Source of the DNA: Eledone cirrhosa
Taxonomy: Eukaryota
Assembly: GCA_964016885.1 (NCBI GenBank)
Contig: OZ024740.1
Location: forward strand, 170,004,001-170,068,000
Reading direction: 5' to 3'
Length of the DNA: 64,000 bases
The notes below the pieces were generated by a model. That model was not told the origin of the DNA, ran no database searches, and saw only the letters and a program-made list of their open reading frames with translations. Positions 37,130 to 49,149 of this stretch are shown here, piece after piece; position 1 is the stretch's first letter; every line of letters begins with the position of its first letter. The position numbers and the translations under genes are program-made.

Positions 37130-39229
37130 ATGGCTACGAAAAAGAAATTTCATACGTCACTCCCACTCATTCCGTCTTCTTCTTCCTCAATCATCACTAC
37201 AGCAGAGAGAAGATTGTCTCTCTCCCTCCCTTCTTTAAATGTGTCTCTCTCCCTCCCTTCTATTTCGCAAGTGACGAAAGAAAAGAAAAGTCTCGTGCAA
37301 AGCGTGCAAGGTTTCTCCACGACGACGACGACAGCGACGAAACAGGTGTGCGGGAAATACGAAAACCCAGTTCATTCGTCTGACGTCAGGAATAATAGCA
37401 GTAGCAGCCGTAATAACAACAGCAACAGTGACAATGAAAACAACAGTAGCAGCCGCAACAGCATCACCAGCAGCATAAACAACAACAGCATTAGCAGCAG
37501 CAACACCAACAACAACCACAGCAACAGCGGCGGAGGCAGTAGTCGTAGTACCTGCAGCAACAACAAAAGTACCAGCAGCTCTGACGACAACAACAGCAGC
37601 AGCAGAGAAAAACCAATCTCATTTGCAGGTATTGCGAAAAACTTGGAAACAATCCTCATAACAAATGAGGAATTAGAGGAAGCAAAGAAGATGGTGACAA
37701 AGAATGGACACCGAGCAATCTGCAAGGCAGCGGAAAAATTTTTCGAAACCCAAGAGCACTGTACGGTCACGTACCGTACAGTAAGTACAAAATCCCGTAG
37801 GGTGGAAAGAGCCACAGAGGCCCAAATACAAAAAGCCTTGGGGTCTGTGTGGCAGAGGAAAACGCACATCACCCGAGGCAAAAAATACGCCACCGTAGAC
37901 GTACTTTTTGCCACACCCCAGGAGGCAAAGGCCCAATCAGTAGTGACCCTAAGGAGCGAGGAAATGGTGTTGGTGCCCTCCTACTGCGGGCAAAAAATTG
38001 TGAGGGTCAAACTGACCCACGTCCCCCCCGGAATGACCCCTTCTTGGCTGGCCGCGTCTGTCCTCGTCGGAATCGAGGACAAAACAACTGTACTGCAAGT
38101 ACAGAAAAAAGTAAGAGAAGATTGGGTCGGCTCCTCCATTGAGATGCTAATCCAAACCAACCAGGAGTGCATCGAAGCTATCCCGGATGTGATAGACTTC
38201 GATAACGGCACTCAACTGCCCATAAGTGTTGAGGGCAAACGCCCGAAATGCTTTCGCTGTGGATCGAAGACTCACCTCAGGGCCTTCTGCAACGAGAAGA
38301 CCATGAGAAAGGAGAAAACCCCCCTCCTTCCGAATCCGGCTCCACGGCTACCAGCAACAGGACAAGCGGCAACCAGGAACGATAGGTCCGTGGCACCCAT
38401 ACCCACTCCACGGAAATCAAAGACAGCAGCAGCAGTGGAAATATTAACAACAACAACAGCAATACCAAATGCAGCTGCAACAGAGACTCCAGTGCAAACA
38501 TCACCAACAACAACAAGTGAAAGAGTGGAGCTGTTACCCCTCCCCGACCTTACAGAATCAGACATGGAGTGTGAGGTGGGAGAGGGATGGCAAAAGGTCG
38601 CAAGAAGGCACAAACGCAGAAGCAGCGCATCGTCGCCTTTGAAAAGGGAGGAAAGAAATGAGAAAAGGGTAAAGTCTACTGCAAAGAGACCCACAGCAGC
38701 AACACCACCAACACCATCACCACCCACACCAGCACCACCATCACCACCGGCGACAACCCCACCGCCAACAACACCTTCAACACCACCACCACAAGCACCA
38801 ACATCGCAAACACAACAACAAAACACACACACCCAGCAACAACGACAAGAAAATAGCAGAACCACACCCCACCCCCAGAAAAACAAATGCACGGCAATAA
38901 ACACACACAACAAGAAACTAATGACTTACATAATTGAACACACAGACATTTCACAACAGGACTACATAATACCAGCACCAATCAAAACGCCAACTAACAT
39001 AAGACTGCTAAAAATAGCACAGAAACAATACACAAACATTAAAACGAAATTCCCCAACGCAGTTGGTGATTTCAGGGACCTAGGAGGAACCATCAATCGA
39101 AGAGTATATTCAGACATTCTCTTAGAAGAGCCGACGACCAGCCGAAGGGACGATTCAACGGTCCCTTCACCAGACGATCAAGTGAAAAGGGATGTAAAAA
39201 CCATCCCTCCTCTACCAAAAGTACGGTAA
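37130..39229 (+). CDS. LINE ORF1p (gag-like, CCHC zinc knuckle)
   Basis: 699 aa; CFRCGSKTHLRAFC (C-x2-C-x4-H-x4-C); S/N-rich and P/T-rich regions; basic RRHKRR. Confidence 0.9.
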   Translation: MATKKKFHTSLPLIPSSSSSIITTAERRLSLSLPSLNVSLSLPSISQVTKEKKSLVQSVQGFSTTTTTATKQVCGKYENPVHSSDVRNNSSSSRNNNSNSDNENNSSSRNSITSSINNNSISSSNTNNNHSNSGGGSSRSTCSNNKSTSSSDDNNSSSREKPISFAGIAKNLETILITNEELEEAKKMVTKNGHRAICKAAEKFFETQEHCTVTYRTVSTKSRRVERATEAQIQKALGSVWQRKTHITRGKKYATVDVLFATPQEAKAQSVVTLRSEEMVLVPSYCGQKIVRVKLTHVPPGMTPSWLAASVLVGIEDKTTVLQVQKKVREDWVGSSIEMLIQTNQECIEAIPDVIDFDNGTQLPISVEGKRPKCFRCGSKTHLRAFCNEKTMRKEKTPLLPNPAPRLPATGQAATRNDRSVAPIPTPRKSKTAAAVEILTTTTAIPNAAATETPVQTSPTTTSERVELLPLPDLTESDMECEVGEGWQKVARRHKRRSSASSPLKREERNEKRVKSTAKRPTAATPPTPSPPTPAPPSPPATTPPPTTPSTPPPQAPTSQTQQQNTHTQQQRQENSRTTPHPQKNKCTAINTHNKKLMTYIIEHTDISQQDYIIPAPIKTPTNIRLLKIAQKQYTNIKTKFPNAVGDFRDLGGTINRRVYSDILLEEPTTSRRDDSTVPSPDDQVKRDVKTIPPLPKVR

Positions 39230-39263
39230 GTGGTCTTTCCCATCTTTTCCACTCTATTTAAAC

Positions 39264-42200
39264 ATGACCTCACTCAGAATAGGCAGCATAAATGCGCGTG
39301 GCTTGGGGTCGTCATGGAAGCAGGGTCACCTGCTCAACGACCTCAGGTCACTAAACATAGATGTAGTGGCCATCAGCGAGACCAGAATCTCCGAAGCACG
39401 GGCCTTCGCACCGATCTTCGGCGGCTACGATGTGTACGCATCTCCCAGCCGTCCTGGATCGGGTGGAGGAGTTGCTGTGCTTTTTCGGAGAGGTTTGGAT
39501 CTCGCCATACGGGCCATCTTCCTGGACCCAGAGGGTAAGCTGGTGGTGCTGGACGTGACCAGCGGAGACGGGCAAGCTTTCAGGCTAGTGGCCGTCTATG
39601 CCCCGACAGGAGCAGGGCGGCCTGATTTCTTCCGGCGTCTGGAGACCTTTCTTGGAACGTCCCGCTCTTTAGTGTTAGTGGGCGACTGGAACGGGATCTT
39701 AGATGCACGCTGGGACTGTGTGGGATTAGCGGATAGGGGTGGAGGGTGCAAGAGCCTCACCAACCTGCTCAGGCGTTTTGAACTGTCTGACAGGTACCGA
39801 TTGGATTTCCCGAATGTGCCAATGTGGACTTGGACAAACCGCATAGGGTCATCCAGATCATATCTAGATAGAGTATTTTGTAGGGAAATAGATAGGTCTA
39901 GCATAGGCTGTCCACAATTCAAGATAGTCAGCTACACGGACCACAAATTCGTGACCTGTGTGCTTGACTTAGATAGGCTTCATAGACGAGGACCCGGCTA
40001 CTGGAAGCTAAACGCGTCCTTACCAGCGCGCAAGGCCTACAGAGACCGGATTAGCGAACTAGTTAAGCGGGCGTTGACGGGGGCCATCGTCAACAACAAG
40101 TGGTGGTTTGCTCTGAAAAGAGCGATTAGAATAGAATCGATTAGGTTTAGTAAGGCTTAAGCAATAGAGAAAAATAGAGCAGAGGGAGAACTAGTTAGAA
40201 AATTAGACGAGGCGCTTAGCAAAGGCATTGCGACCGACGTGCTTGCGGCGAAATTGGCCCTTGACCAATTCTTCAATGCAAAGCACGAAGGCTGCGTTGT
40301 CAGAGCTAGGGTGCGTGCTCTCAGACACGAGGGGACGAAAGCCGTTCAATGGGCCCGAGTGGCGGAGGCGCGTCGTGGCAACAAAGCCACGATCCGGTCT
40401 TTGGTGGACCACGACGGGCGCATGCTACTCGATCCCGGGCAAATGTGTGAAGCTTTTCAGCGACACTTCGCTCAGCTGTTCGGGGGCAGCGGGGGGCCGG
40501 GTAGAGGGATGGACTTTAGTGTCTACCTCGACGGACTGCCGCGGCTCTCGGCCACTGAGGCGAGGTGTTGCGAAAAGCCGATAACAGCCGCTGAAGTACG
40601 GGAGGCAATGACTGGCTGCACAAGGGGTAAATCGCCTGGTTTGGATGGTCTGCCCTATGAACTTTACGTACAGATGCCAGACTTGTTCGGAGGCCTCTTG
40701 GCGGACGTCTACTGCAACTGGCAACAGAACGGGAGAATTCCCAGTTCTGTGAGCCGAGGAGCGGTGGCACTGCTGAGAAAGGATCCGAACAAGGGGGATA
40801 ACATAGACAATTTCCGGCCCATAACTCTGCTAAACACAGAGTTTAAGATTTTGGCCAAGGTGCTAGCAAAGAGGTTGGCGCTTGTCGTTGGTGGTCTGGT
40901 GGGAGAGGCGCAGACATGCGCCATTCCCGACAGATCCATCCACGACAACCTCCACCTCATGCGATACATCGTAGAGAGGGTAGCTAGGGAACCTGGCACG
41001 GGTGGGTCCTTGATCAATTTAGATCAGTCGAAAGCTTTCGATAGGGTCGACCATCGTTACCTAGCGGCAGTCCTGAGGGCGGCTGGCTTTGGGCCCGTCT
41101 TCAGAGGCTGGATCGCTGCCATGCACAGCGACATCTGCTCTGTGGTGAGAGTGAACGGTCACCTGTCGGAACCGTTCAACATCATGCGCTCGGTCCGCCA
41201 AGGATGTCCCCTCTCGTCCCTCTTGTACGTATTGACTCTCGAGCCATTACTGCACAAACTGGAGACGTTGAGGGGGGTCCCGCGCGAACTAGGATGCGGA
41301 AGATCCGTATCAGCATATGCGGACTATGTCACCGTAGTGGTGTCGAACGCCAAACACATCGAGGCGATCGGCACTACACTAAGAGAATACGAAGCGGTGA
41401 CAGGAGCAATGATCAACCAGGAAAAGTCAGTGGGCCTGCAGCTCGGCACCTGGAGAGGCAGGTCCATGTCGTCCAACAGCGTCGTCGGACGCTGGACGGA
41501 CGGACCGGTTAAATTGCTAGGGGTCTGGTTCGGTCCGGACCTCCAGACGGACAAAAACTGGGACGAGGTGACGAGCAGGGTGGCTTCTCTCACCCAGAAA
41601 TGGGCCGAGAGGAAGCTATCCCTGAAAGGTCGAGCGGAGGTGGCTAACGCGTACATCGCGTCCGTCATCTGCTACCGCCTGACCGTCGTACCTTGTCCTA
41701 AGCCTCGCCTGACTGTGCTGGAGCGTTTGCTCTTTCGCTTTTTGTGGAAGGGACGCGCTCCGATGGTCAGGCGGTCCATCTGTTGTCAACACCCGCTACG
41801 TGGAGGGCTGGGCATGCCGTGGCTGATGATGCGCAGGCACGCGCTCAGGCTACGACATCTCCACCTCTTCCTCGACGATGATCAGGTGTGGTCGCCGTTT
41901 GCTAGACGCGTGTTTCCCCAGCTCGTTTCCTTGACGGAGCTGCAGTCCTGGGTCAAGCGAAGACCGAGAGGGAGCGCCTGGAGACTGGAATGTCTTCAGG
42001 CGCTCACAGCCCTCGACCAATCGGGCAATGTGATCGGTGGAAACTCCACCTCGGCGTTCTATAGGGGATTAGTGGAGGGGAAGAGCGACGACGTACTTGG
42101 GGAAACTCTAGGCGTCGACGAAAATCAACTAGCCAATCTCTTCGGAAGAACTTTCGGGCCAGGGCCTATGGACAACTTCCAGAAATCTCTGGCCTGGCAG

Positions 42201-42683
42201 TGCTACCGAGGAGCCTTGCCAGTTCGGGATAAACTCTACAGGCATGGAGGTGCCGTCAGCCGGGCATGTCCGAGATGCGCGCAGGGCGACGAAACCGTCC
42301 TGCACGCACTCGTCCAGTGTCCGAAAATTGCTGACTTGTGGGTTTATGTCGAACACCTGCTGTCGCGTTTAGGACGGATCCGGCTATCATCTGAGTCCAT
42401 CGTGAGGATTGCCCCGCCCTCCTCCTTTAGCCGGGAAGGGCAGGCAGTTTTTATCTGCCTGGTGGCCATGGCGAAAGAGATAGTATGGTGGACACGTTTG
42501 AAAGGGCTGAAGACGAGCACTTACCTCTTCGGTGATGCTCTGATTGACTTTTTCAAATTTCATTTGAAGAGGAAAATCAGAGTAGAGAGGGAAGTGCTCT
42601 CTTCCCAGCATTTTGTTGAAAGATGGGTGAGAGAAGCAAGAATGGCCCGAGTGAATGGGCCTACTCTGAGCATATATCTGTAA
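39264..42683 (+). pseudogene. LINE ORF2 (APE-RT) with nonsense and active-site mutations
   Basis: TTA>TAA at 40158-40160, with the frame continuing; YADD>YADY near 41323. Confidence 0.92.
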
Positions 42684-42943
42684 ATTAAAGGTGGAAAACT
42701 GGGAGAGGGCACTTGCCTTGGTGGTCAGGGTCATTGTGGCTTTTTACTGGGCTTTCTCCACAAATGTCCCTCCGAAGTCTCCCCCCTATTGGGGAATTTT
42801 TCATTGTTATTTTCATTGTTATTTTTGTTACATCCTCTGTTTTTGTTTTTTTACACGCAGAAATGCCCATTTGTACCGTCCTGCATTGTCCTGCACTGTC
42901 CTTAATGTCTACTTTATGTAAACCCTTGTGGTTAATAAAGAAA

Positions 42944-42996
<53 letters not shown>

Positions 42997-43211
42997 GAAT
43001 GCCATGGTTGACGGAGGCTCGGCTCTGTAAGGTATAGTAATTTTTAACCGTTAAAACAATTGTAAATTGTTTAAAACTTGAACCAAATTGTTGATAAAGA
43101 CACCCTCCTCCTCGTGAGAGGGGTCTTTCTGTCCGTTATTTGGCCCTTCGGGGTTAAATAACCAGTTATTGGGGGTTTTGTACCCAATATTCATTTTAAA
43201 CAAAAAACAAC

Positions 43212-45308
43212 ATGGCTACGAAAAAGAAATTTCATACGTCACTCCCACTCATTCCGTCTTCTTCTTCCTCAATCATCACTACAGCAGAGAGAAGATTGTC
43301 TCTCTCCCTCCCTTCTTTAAATGTGTCTCTCTCCCTCCCTTCTATTTCGCAAGTGACGAAAGAAAAGAAAAGTCTCGTGCAAAGCGTGCAAGGTTTCTCC
43401 ACGACGACGACGACAGCGACGAAACAGGTGTGCGGGAAATACGAAAACCCAGTTCATTCGTCTGACGTCAGGAATAATAGCAGTAGCAGCCGTAATAACA
43501 ACAGCAACAGTGACAATGAAAACAACAGTAGCAGCCGCAACAGCATCACCAGCAGCATAAACAACAACAGCATTAGCAGCAGCAACACCAACAACAACCA
43601 CAGCAACAGCGGCGGAGGCAGTAGTCGTAGTACCTGCAGCAACAACAAAAGTACCAGCAGCTCTGACGACAACAACAACAGCAGAGAAAAACCAATCTCA
43701 TTTGCAGGTATTGCGAAAAACTTGGAAACAATCCTCATAACAAATGAGGAATTAGAGGAAGCGAAGAAGATGGTGACAAAGAACGGACACCGAGCAATCT
43801 GCAAGGCAGCGAAAAATTTTTTCGAAACCCAAGAGCACTGTACGGTCACGTACCGTACAGTAAGTACAAAATCCCTAAGGGTGGAAAGAGCCACAGAGGC
43901 CCAAATACAAAAAGCCTTGGGGTCTGTGTGGCAGCGGAAAACGCACATCACCCGAGGCAAAAAATATGCCACCGTAGACGTACTTTTTGCCACACCCCAG
44001 GAGGCAAAGGCCCAATCAGTAGTGACCCTAAGGAGCGAGGAAATGGTGTTGGTGCCCTCCTACTGTGGGCAAAAAATTGTGAGGGTCAAACTGACCCACG
44101 TCCCCCCCGGAATGACCCCTTCTTGGCTGGCCGCGTCTGTCCTCGTCGGAATCGAGGACAAAACAACTGTACTGCAAGTACAGAAAAAAGTAAGAGAAGA
44201 TTGGGTCGGCTCCTCCATTGAGATGCTAATCCAAACCAACCAGGAGTGCATCGAAGGTATCCCGGATGTGATAGACTTCGATAACGGCACTCAACTGCCC
44301 ATAAGTGTTGAGGGCAAACGCCCGAAATGCTTTCGTTGTGGATCGAAGACTCACCTCAGGGCCTTCTGCAACGAGAAGACCCTGAGAAAGGAGAAAACCC
44401 CCCTCCTTCCGAATCCGGCTCCACGGCTACCAGCAACAGGACAAGCGGCAACCAGGAACGATAGGCCCGTGGAACCCATACCCACTCCACGGAAATCAAA
44501 AACAGCAGCAGCAGTGGAAATACTAACAACAACAACAGCAATACCAAATGCAGCTGCAACAGAGACTCCAGTGCAAACATCACCAACAACAACAAGTGAA
44601 AGAGTGGAGTTGGTACCCCTCCCCGACCTCACAGAATCAGACATGGAGTGTGAGGTGGGAGAGAGATGGCAAAAGGTCGTAAGAAGGCACAAACGCAGAA
44701 GCAGCGCATCGTCGCCTTTGAAAAGGGAGGAAAGAAATGAGAAAAGGGTAAAGTCTACTGCAAAGAGACCCACAGCAGCAACAACACCAACACCATCACC
44801 ACCCACACTAGCGCCACCATCACCACCGGCGACAACCCCACCGCCAACAACACCTTCAACACCACCACCACAAGCACCAACATCGCAAACACAACAACAA
44901 AACACACACACCCAGCAACAACGACAAGAAAATAGCAGAACCACACCGCACCCCCAGAAAAACAAATGCACGGCAATAAATACACACAACAAGAAACTAA
45001 TGACTTACATAATTGAACACACAGACATTTCACAACAGGACTACATAATACCAGCACCAATCAAAACGCCAACTAACATAAGACTGCTAAAAATAGCACA
45101 GAAACAATACACAAATATTAAAACGAAATTCCCCAACGCAGTTGGTGATTTCAGGGACCTAGGAGGAACCATCAATCGAAGAGTATACTCAGACATTCTC
45201 TTAGAAGAGCCGACGACCAGCCGAAGGGACGATTCAACGGTCCCTTCACCAGACGATCAAGTGAAAAGGGATGTAAAAACCATCCCTCCTCTACCAAAAG
45301 TACGGTAA
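43212..45308 (+). CDS. LINE ORF1p (gag-like, CCHC zinc knuckle)
   Basis: 698 aa, near-identical to 37130-39229. Confidence 0.9.
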   Translation: MATKKKFHTSLPLIPSSSSSIITTAERRLSLSLPSLNVSLSLPSISQVTKEKKSLVQSVQGFSTTTTTATKQVCGKYENPVHSSDVRNNSSSSRNNNSNSDNENNSSSRNSITSSINNNSISSSNTNNNHSNSGGGSSRSTCSNNKSTSSSDDNNNSREKPISFAGIAKNLETILITNEELEEAKKMVTKNGHRAICKAAKNFFETQEHCTVTYRTVSTKSLRVERATEAQIQKALGSVWQRKTHITRGKKYATVDVLFATPQEAKAQSVVTLRSEEMVLVPSYCGQKIVRVKLTHVPPGMTPSWLAASVLVGIEDKTTVLQVQKKVREDWVGSSIEMLIQTNQECIEGIPDVIDFDNGTQLPISVEGKRPKCFRCGSKTHLRAFCNEKTLRKEKTPLLPNPAPRLPATGQAATRNDRPVEPIPTPRKSKTAAAVEILTTTTAIPNAAATETPVQTSPTTTSERVELVPLPDLTESDMECEVGERWQKVVRRHKRRSSASSPLKREERNEKRVKSTAKRPTAATTPTPSPPTLAPPSPPATTPPPTTPSTPPPQAPTSQTQQQNTHTQQQRQENSRTTPHPQKNKCTAINTHNKKLMTYIIEHTDISQQDYIIPAPIKTPTNIRLLKIAQKQYTNIKTKFPNAVGDFRDLGGTINRRVYSDILLEEPTTSRRDDSTVPSPDDQVKRDVKTIPPLPKVR

Positions 45309-45343
45309 GTGGTCTTTCCCATCTTTTCCACTCTATTTTAAAC

Positions 45344-48300
45344 ATGACCTCACTCAGAATAGGCAGCATAAATGCGCGTGGCTTGGGGTCGTCATGGAAG
45401 CAGGGTCACCTGCTCAACGACCTCAGGTCACTAAACATAGATGTAGTGGCCATCAGCGAGACCAGAATCTCCGAAGCACGGGCCTTCGCACCGATCTTCG
45501 GCGGCTACGATGTGTACGCATCTCCCAGCCGTCCTGGATCCGGTGGAGGAGTTGCTGTAATTTTTCGGAGAGGTTTGGATCTCGCCATACGGGCCATCTT
45601 CCTGGACCCAGAGGGTAAGCTGGTGGTGCTGGACGTGACCAGCGGAGACGGGCAAGCTTTCAGGCTAGTGGCCGTCTATGCCCCGACAGGAGCAGGGCGG
45701 CCTGATTTCTTCCGGCGTCTGGAGACCTTTCTTGGAACGTCGCGCTCTTTAGTGTTAGTGGGCGACTGGAACGGGATCTTAGATGCACGCTGGGACTGTG
45801 TGGGATTAGCGGATAGGGGTGGAGGGTGCAAGAGCCTCACCAACCTGCTCAGGCGTTTTGAACTGTCTGACAGGTACCGATTGGATTTCCCGAATGTGCC
45901 AATGTGGACTTGGACAAACCGCATAGGGTCATCCAGATCATATCTAGATAGAGTATTTTGTAGGGAAATAGATAGGTCTAGCATAGGCTGTCCACAATTC
46001 AAGATAGTCAGCTACACGGACCACAAATTCGTGATCTGTGTGCTTGACTTAGATAGGCTTCATAGACGAGGACCCGGCTACTGGAAGCTAAACGCGTCCT
46101 TACCAGCGCGCAAGGCCTACAGAGACCGGATTAGCGAACTAGTTAAGCGGGCGTTGACGGGGGCCATCGTCAACAACAAGTGGTGGTTTGCTCTGAAAAG
46201 AGCGATTAGAATAGAATCGATTAGATTTAGTAAGGCTTTAGCAATAGAGAAAAATAGAGCAGAGGGAGAACTAGTTAGAAAATTAGACGAGGCGCTTAGC
46301 AAAGGCATTGCGACCGACGTGCTTGCGGCGAAATTGGCCCTTGACCAATTCTTCAATGCAAAGCACGAAGGCTGCGTTGTCAGAGCAAGGGTGCGTGCTC
46401 TCAGACACGAGGGGACGAAAGCCGTTCAATGGGCCCGAGTGGCGGAGGCGCGTCGTGGCAACAAAGCCACGATCCGGTCTTTGGTGGACCACGACGGGCG
46501 CATGCTACTCGATCCCGGGCAAATGTGTGAAGCTTTTCAGCGACACTTCGCTCAGCTGTTCGGGGGCAGCGGTGGGCCGGGTAGAGGGATGGACTTTAGT
46601 GTCTACCTCGACGGACTGCCGCGGCTCTCGGCCAATGAGGCGAAGTGTTGCGAAAAGCCGATAACAGCCGCTGAAGTAAGGGAGGCAATGACTGGCTGCA
46701 CAAGGGGTAAATCGCCTGGTTTGGATGGTCTGCCCTATGAACTTTACGTACAGATGCCAGACTTGTTCGGAGGCCTCTTGGCGGACGTCTACTGCAACTG
46801 GCAACAGAACGGGAGAATTCCCAGTTCTGTGAGCCGAGGAGCGGTGGCACTGCTGAGAAAGGATCCGAACAAGGGGGATAACATAGAAAATTTCCGGCCC
46901 ATAACTCTGCTAAACACAGAGTTTAAGATTTTGGCCAAGGTGCTAGCAAAGAGGTTGGCGCTTGTCGTTGGTGGTCTGGTGGGAGAGGCGCAGACATGCG
47001 CCATTCCCGACAGATCCATCCACGACAACCTCCACCTCATGCGATACATCGTAGAGAGGGTAGCTAGGGAACCTGGCACGGGTGGGTCCTTGATCAATTT
47101 AGATCAGTCGAAAGCTTTCGATAGGGTCGACCATCGTTACCTAGCGGCAGTCCTGAGGGCGGCTGGCTTTGGGCCCGTCTTCAGAGGCTGGATCGCTGCC
47201 ATGCACAGCGACATCTGCTCTGTGGTGAGAGTGAACGGTCACCTGTCGGAACCGTTCAACATCATGCGCTCGGTCCGCCAAGGATGTCCCCTCTCGTCCC
47301 TCTTGTACGTATTGACTCTCGAGCCATTACTGCACAAACTGGAGACGTTGAGGGGGGTCCCGCGCGAACTAGGATGCGGAAGATCCGTATCAGCATATGC
47401 GGACGATGTCACCGTAGTGGTGTCGAACGCCAAACACATCGAGGCGATCGGCACTACACTAAGAGAATACGAAGCGGTGACAGGAGCAATGATCAACCAG
47501 GAAAAGTCAGTGGGCCTGCAGCTCGGCACCTGGAGAGGCAGGTCCATGTCGTCCAACAGCGTCGTCGGACGCTGGACGGACGGACCGGTTAAATTGCTAG
47601 GGGTCTGGTTCGGTCCGGACCTCCAGACGGACAAAAACTGGGACGAGGTGACGAGCAGGGTGGCTTCTCTCACCCAGAAATGGGCCGAGAGGAAGCTATC
47701 CCTGAAAGGTCGAGCGGAGGTGGCTAACGCGTACATCGCGTCCGTCATCTGCTACCGCCTGACCGTCGTACCTTGTCCTAAGCCTCGCCTGACTGCGCTG
47801 GAGCGTTTGCTCTTTCGCTTTTTGTGGAAGGGACGTGCTCCGATGGTCAGGCGGTCCATCTGTTGTCAACACCCGCTACGTGGAGGGCTGGGCATGCCGT
47901 GGCTGATGATGCGCAGGCACGCGCTCAGGCTACGACATCTTCACCTCTTCCTCGACGGTGATCAGGTGTGGTCGCCGTTTGCTAGACGCGTTTTTCCCCA
48001 GCTCGTTTCCTTGACGGAGCTGCAGTCCTGGGTCAAGCGAAGACCGAGAGGGAGCGCCTGGAGACTGGAATGTCTTCAGGCGCTCACAGCCCTCGACCAA
48101 TCGGGCAATGTGATCGGTGGAAACTCCACCTCGGCGTTCTATAGAGGATTAGTGGAGGGGAAGAGCGACGACGTACTTGGGGAAACTCTAGGCGTCGACG
48201 AAAATCAACTAGCCAATCTCTTCGGAAGAACTTTCGGGCCGGGGCCTATGGACAACTTCCAGAAATCTCTGGCCTGGCAGTGCTACCGAGGAGCCTTGCC

Positions 48301-48763
48301 AGTTCGGGATAAACTCTACAGGCATGGAGGTGCCGTCAGCCGGGCATGTCCGAGATGCGCGCAGGGCGACGAAACCGTCCTGCACGCACTCGTCCAGTGT
48401 CCGAAAATTGCTGACTTGTGGGTTTATGTCGAACACCTGCTGTCGCGTTTAGGACGGATCCAGCTATCATCTGAGTCTATCGTGAGGATTGCCCCGCCCT
48501 CCTCCTTTAGCCGGGAAGGGCAGGCAGTTTTTATCTGTCTGGTGGCCATGGCGAAAGAGATAGTATGGTGGACACGTTTGAAAGGGCTGAAGACGAGCAC
48601 TTACCTCTTCGGTGATGCTCTGATTGACTTTTTCAAATTTCATTTGAAAAGGAAAATCAGAGTAGAGAAGGAAGTGCTCTCTTCCCAGCATTTTGTTGAA
48701 AGATGGGTGAGAGAAGCAAGAATGGCCCGAGTGAATGGGCCGACTCTGAGTATATATCTGTAA
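45344..48763 (+). CDS. LINE ORF2p: AP endonuclease, reverse transcriptase and C-terminal Cys motif
   Basis: 1139 aa; NARG, SET, GDWN, YLDR, TDH; SPGLDG, DQSKAFDRV, QGCPLS, YADD; CPRC...H...C. Confidence 0.96.
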   Translation: MTSLRIGSINARGLGSSWKQGHLLNDLRSLNIDVVAISETRISEARAFAPIFGGYDVYASPSRPGSGGGVAVIFRRGLDLAIRAIFLDPEGKLVVLDVTSGDGQAFRLVAVYAPTGAGRPDFFRRLETFLGTSRSLVLVGDWNGILDARWDCVGLADRGGGCKSLTNLLRRFELSDRYRLDFPNVPMWTWTNRIGSSRSYLDRVFCREIDRSSIGCPQFKIVSYTDHKFVICVLDLDRLHRRGPGYWKLNASLPARKAYRDRISELVKRALTGAIVNNKWWFALKRAIRIESIRFSKALAIEKNRAEGELVRKLDEALSKGIATDVLAAKLALDQFFNAKHEGCVVRARVRALRHEGTKAVQWARVAEARRGNKATIRSLVDHDGRMLLDPGQMCEAFQRHFAQLFGGSGGPGRGMDFSVYLDGLPRLSANEAKCCEKPITAAEVREAMTGCTRGKSPGLDGLPYELYVQMPDLFGGLLADVYCNWQQNGRIPSSVSRGAVALLRKDPNKGDNIENFRPITLLNTEFKILAKVLAKRLALVVGGLVGEAQTCAIPDRSIHDNLHLMRYIVERVAREPGTGGSLINLDQSKAFDRVDHRYLAAVLRAAGFGPVFRGWIAAMHSDICSVVRVNGHLSEPFNIMRSVRQGCPLSSLLYVLTLEPLLHKLETLRGVPRELGCGRSVSAYADDVTVVVSNAKHIEAIGTTLREYEAVTGAMINQEKSVGLQLGTWRGRSMSSNSVVGRWTDGPVKLLGVWFGPDLQTDKNWDEVTSRVASLTQKWAERKLSLKGRAEVANAYIASVICYRLTVVPCPKPRLTALERLLFRFLWKGRAPMVRRSICCQHPLRGGLGMPWLMMRRHALRLRHLHLFLDGDQVWSPFARRVFPQLVSLTELQSWVKRRPRGSAWRLECLQALTALDQSGNVIGGNSTSAFYRGLVEGKSDDVLGETLGVDENQLANLFGRTFGPGPMDNFQKSLAWQCYRGALPVRDKLYRHGGAVSRACPRCAQGDETVLHALVQCPKIADLWVYVEHLLSRLGRIQLSSESIVRIAPPSSFSREGQAVFICLVAMAKEIVWWTRLKGLKTSTYLFGDALIDFFKFHLKRKIRVEKEVLSSQHFVERWVREARMARVNGPTLSIYL

Positions 48764-49023
48764 ACTAAAGGTGGAAAACTGGGAGAGGGCACTTGCCTTG
48801 GTGGTCAGGGTCATTGTGGCTTTTTACTGGGCTTTCTCCACAAATGTCCCTCCGAAGTCTCCCCCCTATTGGGGAATTTTTCATTGTTATTTTCATTGTT
48901 ATTTTTGTTACATCCTCTGTTTTTGTTTTTTTACACGCAGAAATGCCCATTTGTACCGTCCTGCTTTGTCCTGCACTGTCCTTAATGTCTACTTTATGTA
49001 AACCCTTGTGGTTAATAAAGAAA

Positions 49024-49149
<126 letters not shown>

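Larger units (their letters stand above)
36915..42996 (+). mobile_element. Full-length Tx1-type LINE, copy 1 (ORF2 inactivated)
   Basis: Starts GAATGCCATGG after (ATT)n; ORF1 plus ORF2; AATAAA and (ATT)n tail; near-identical to copy 2. Confidence 0.95.

Noticed and set aside
37372-48950. Many antisense and alternate-frame ORFs in the Tx1 copies
   Set aside because: Shadow ORFs of GC-rich or low-complexity coding sequence.
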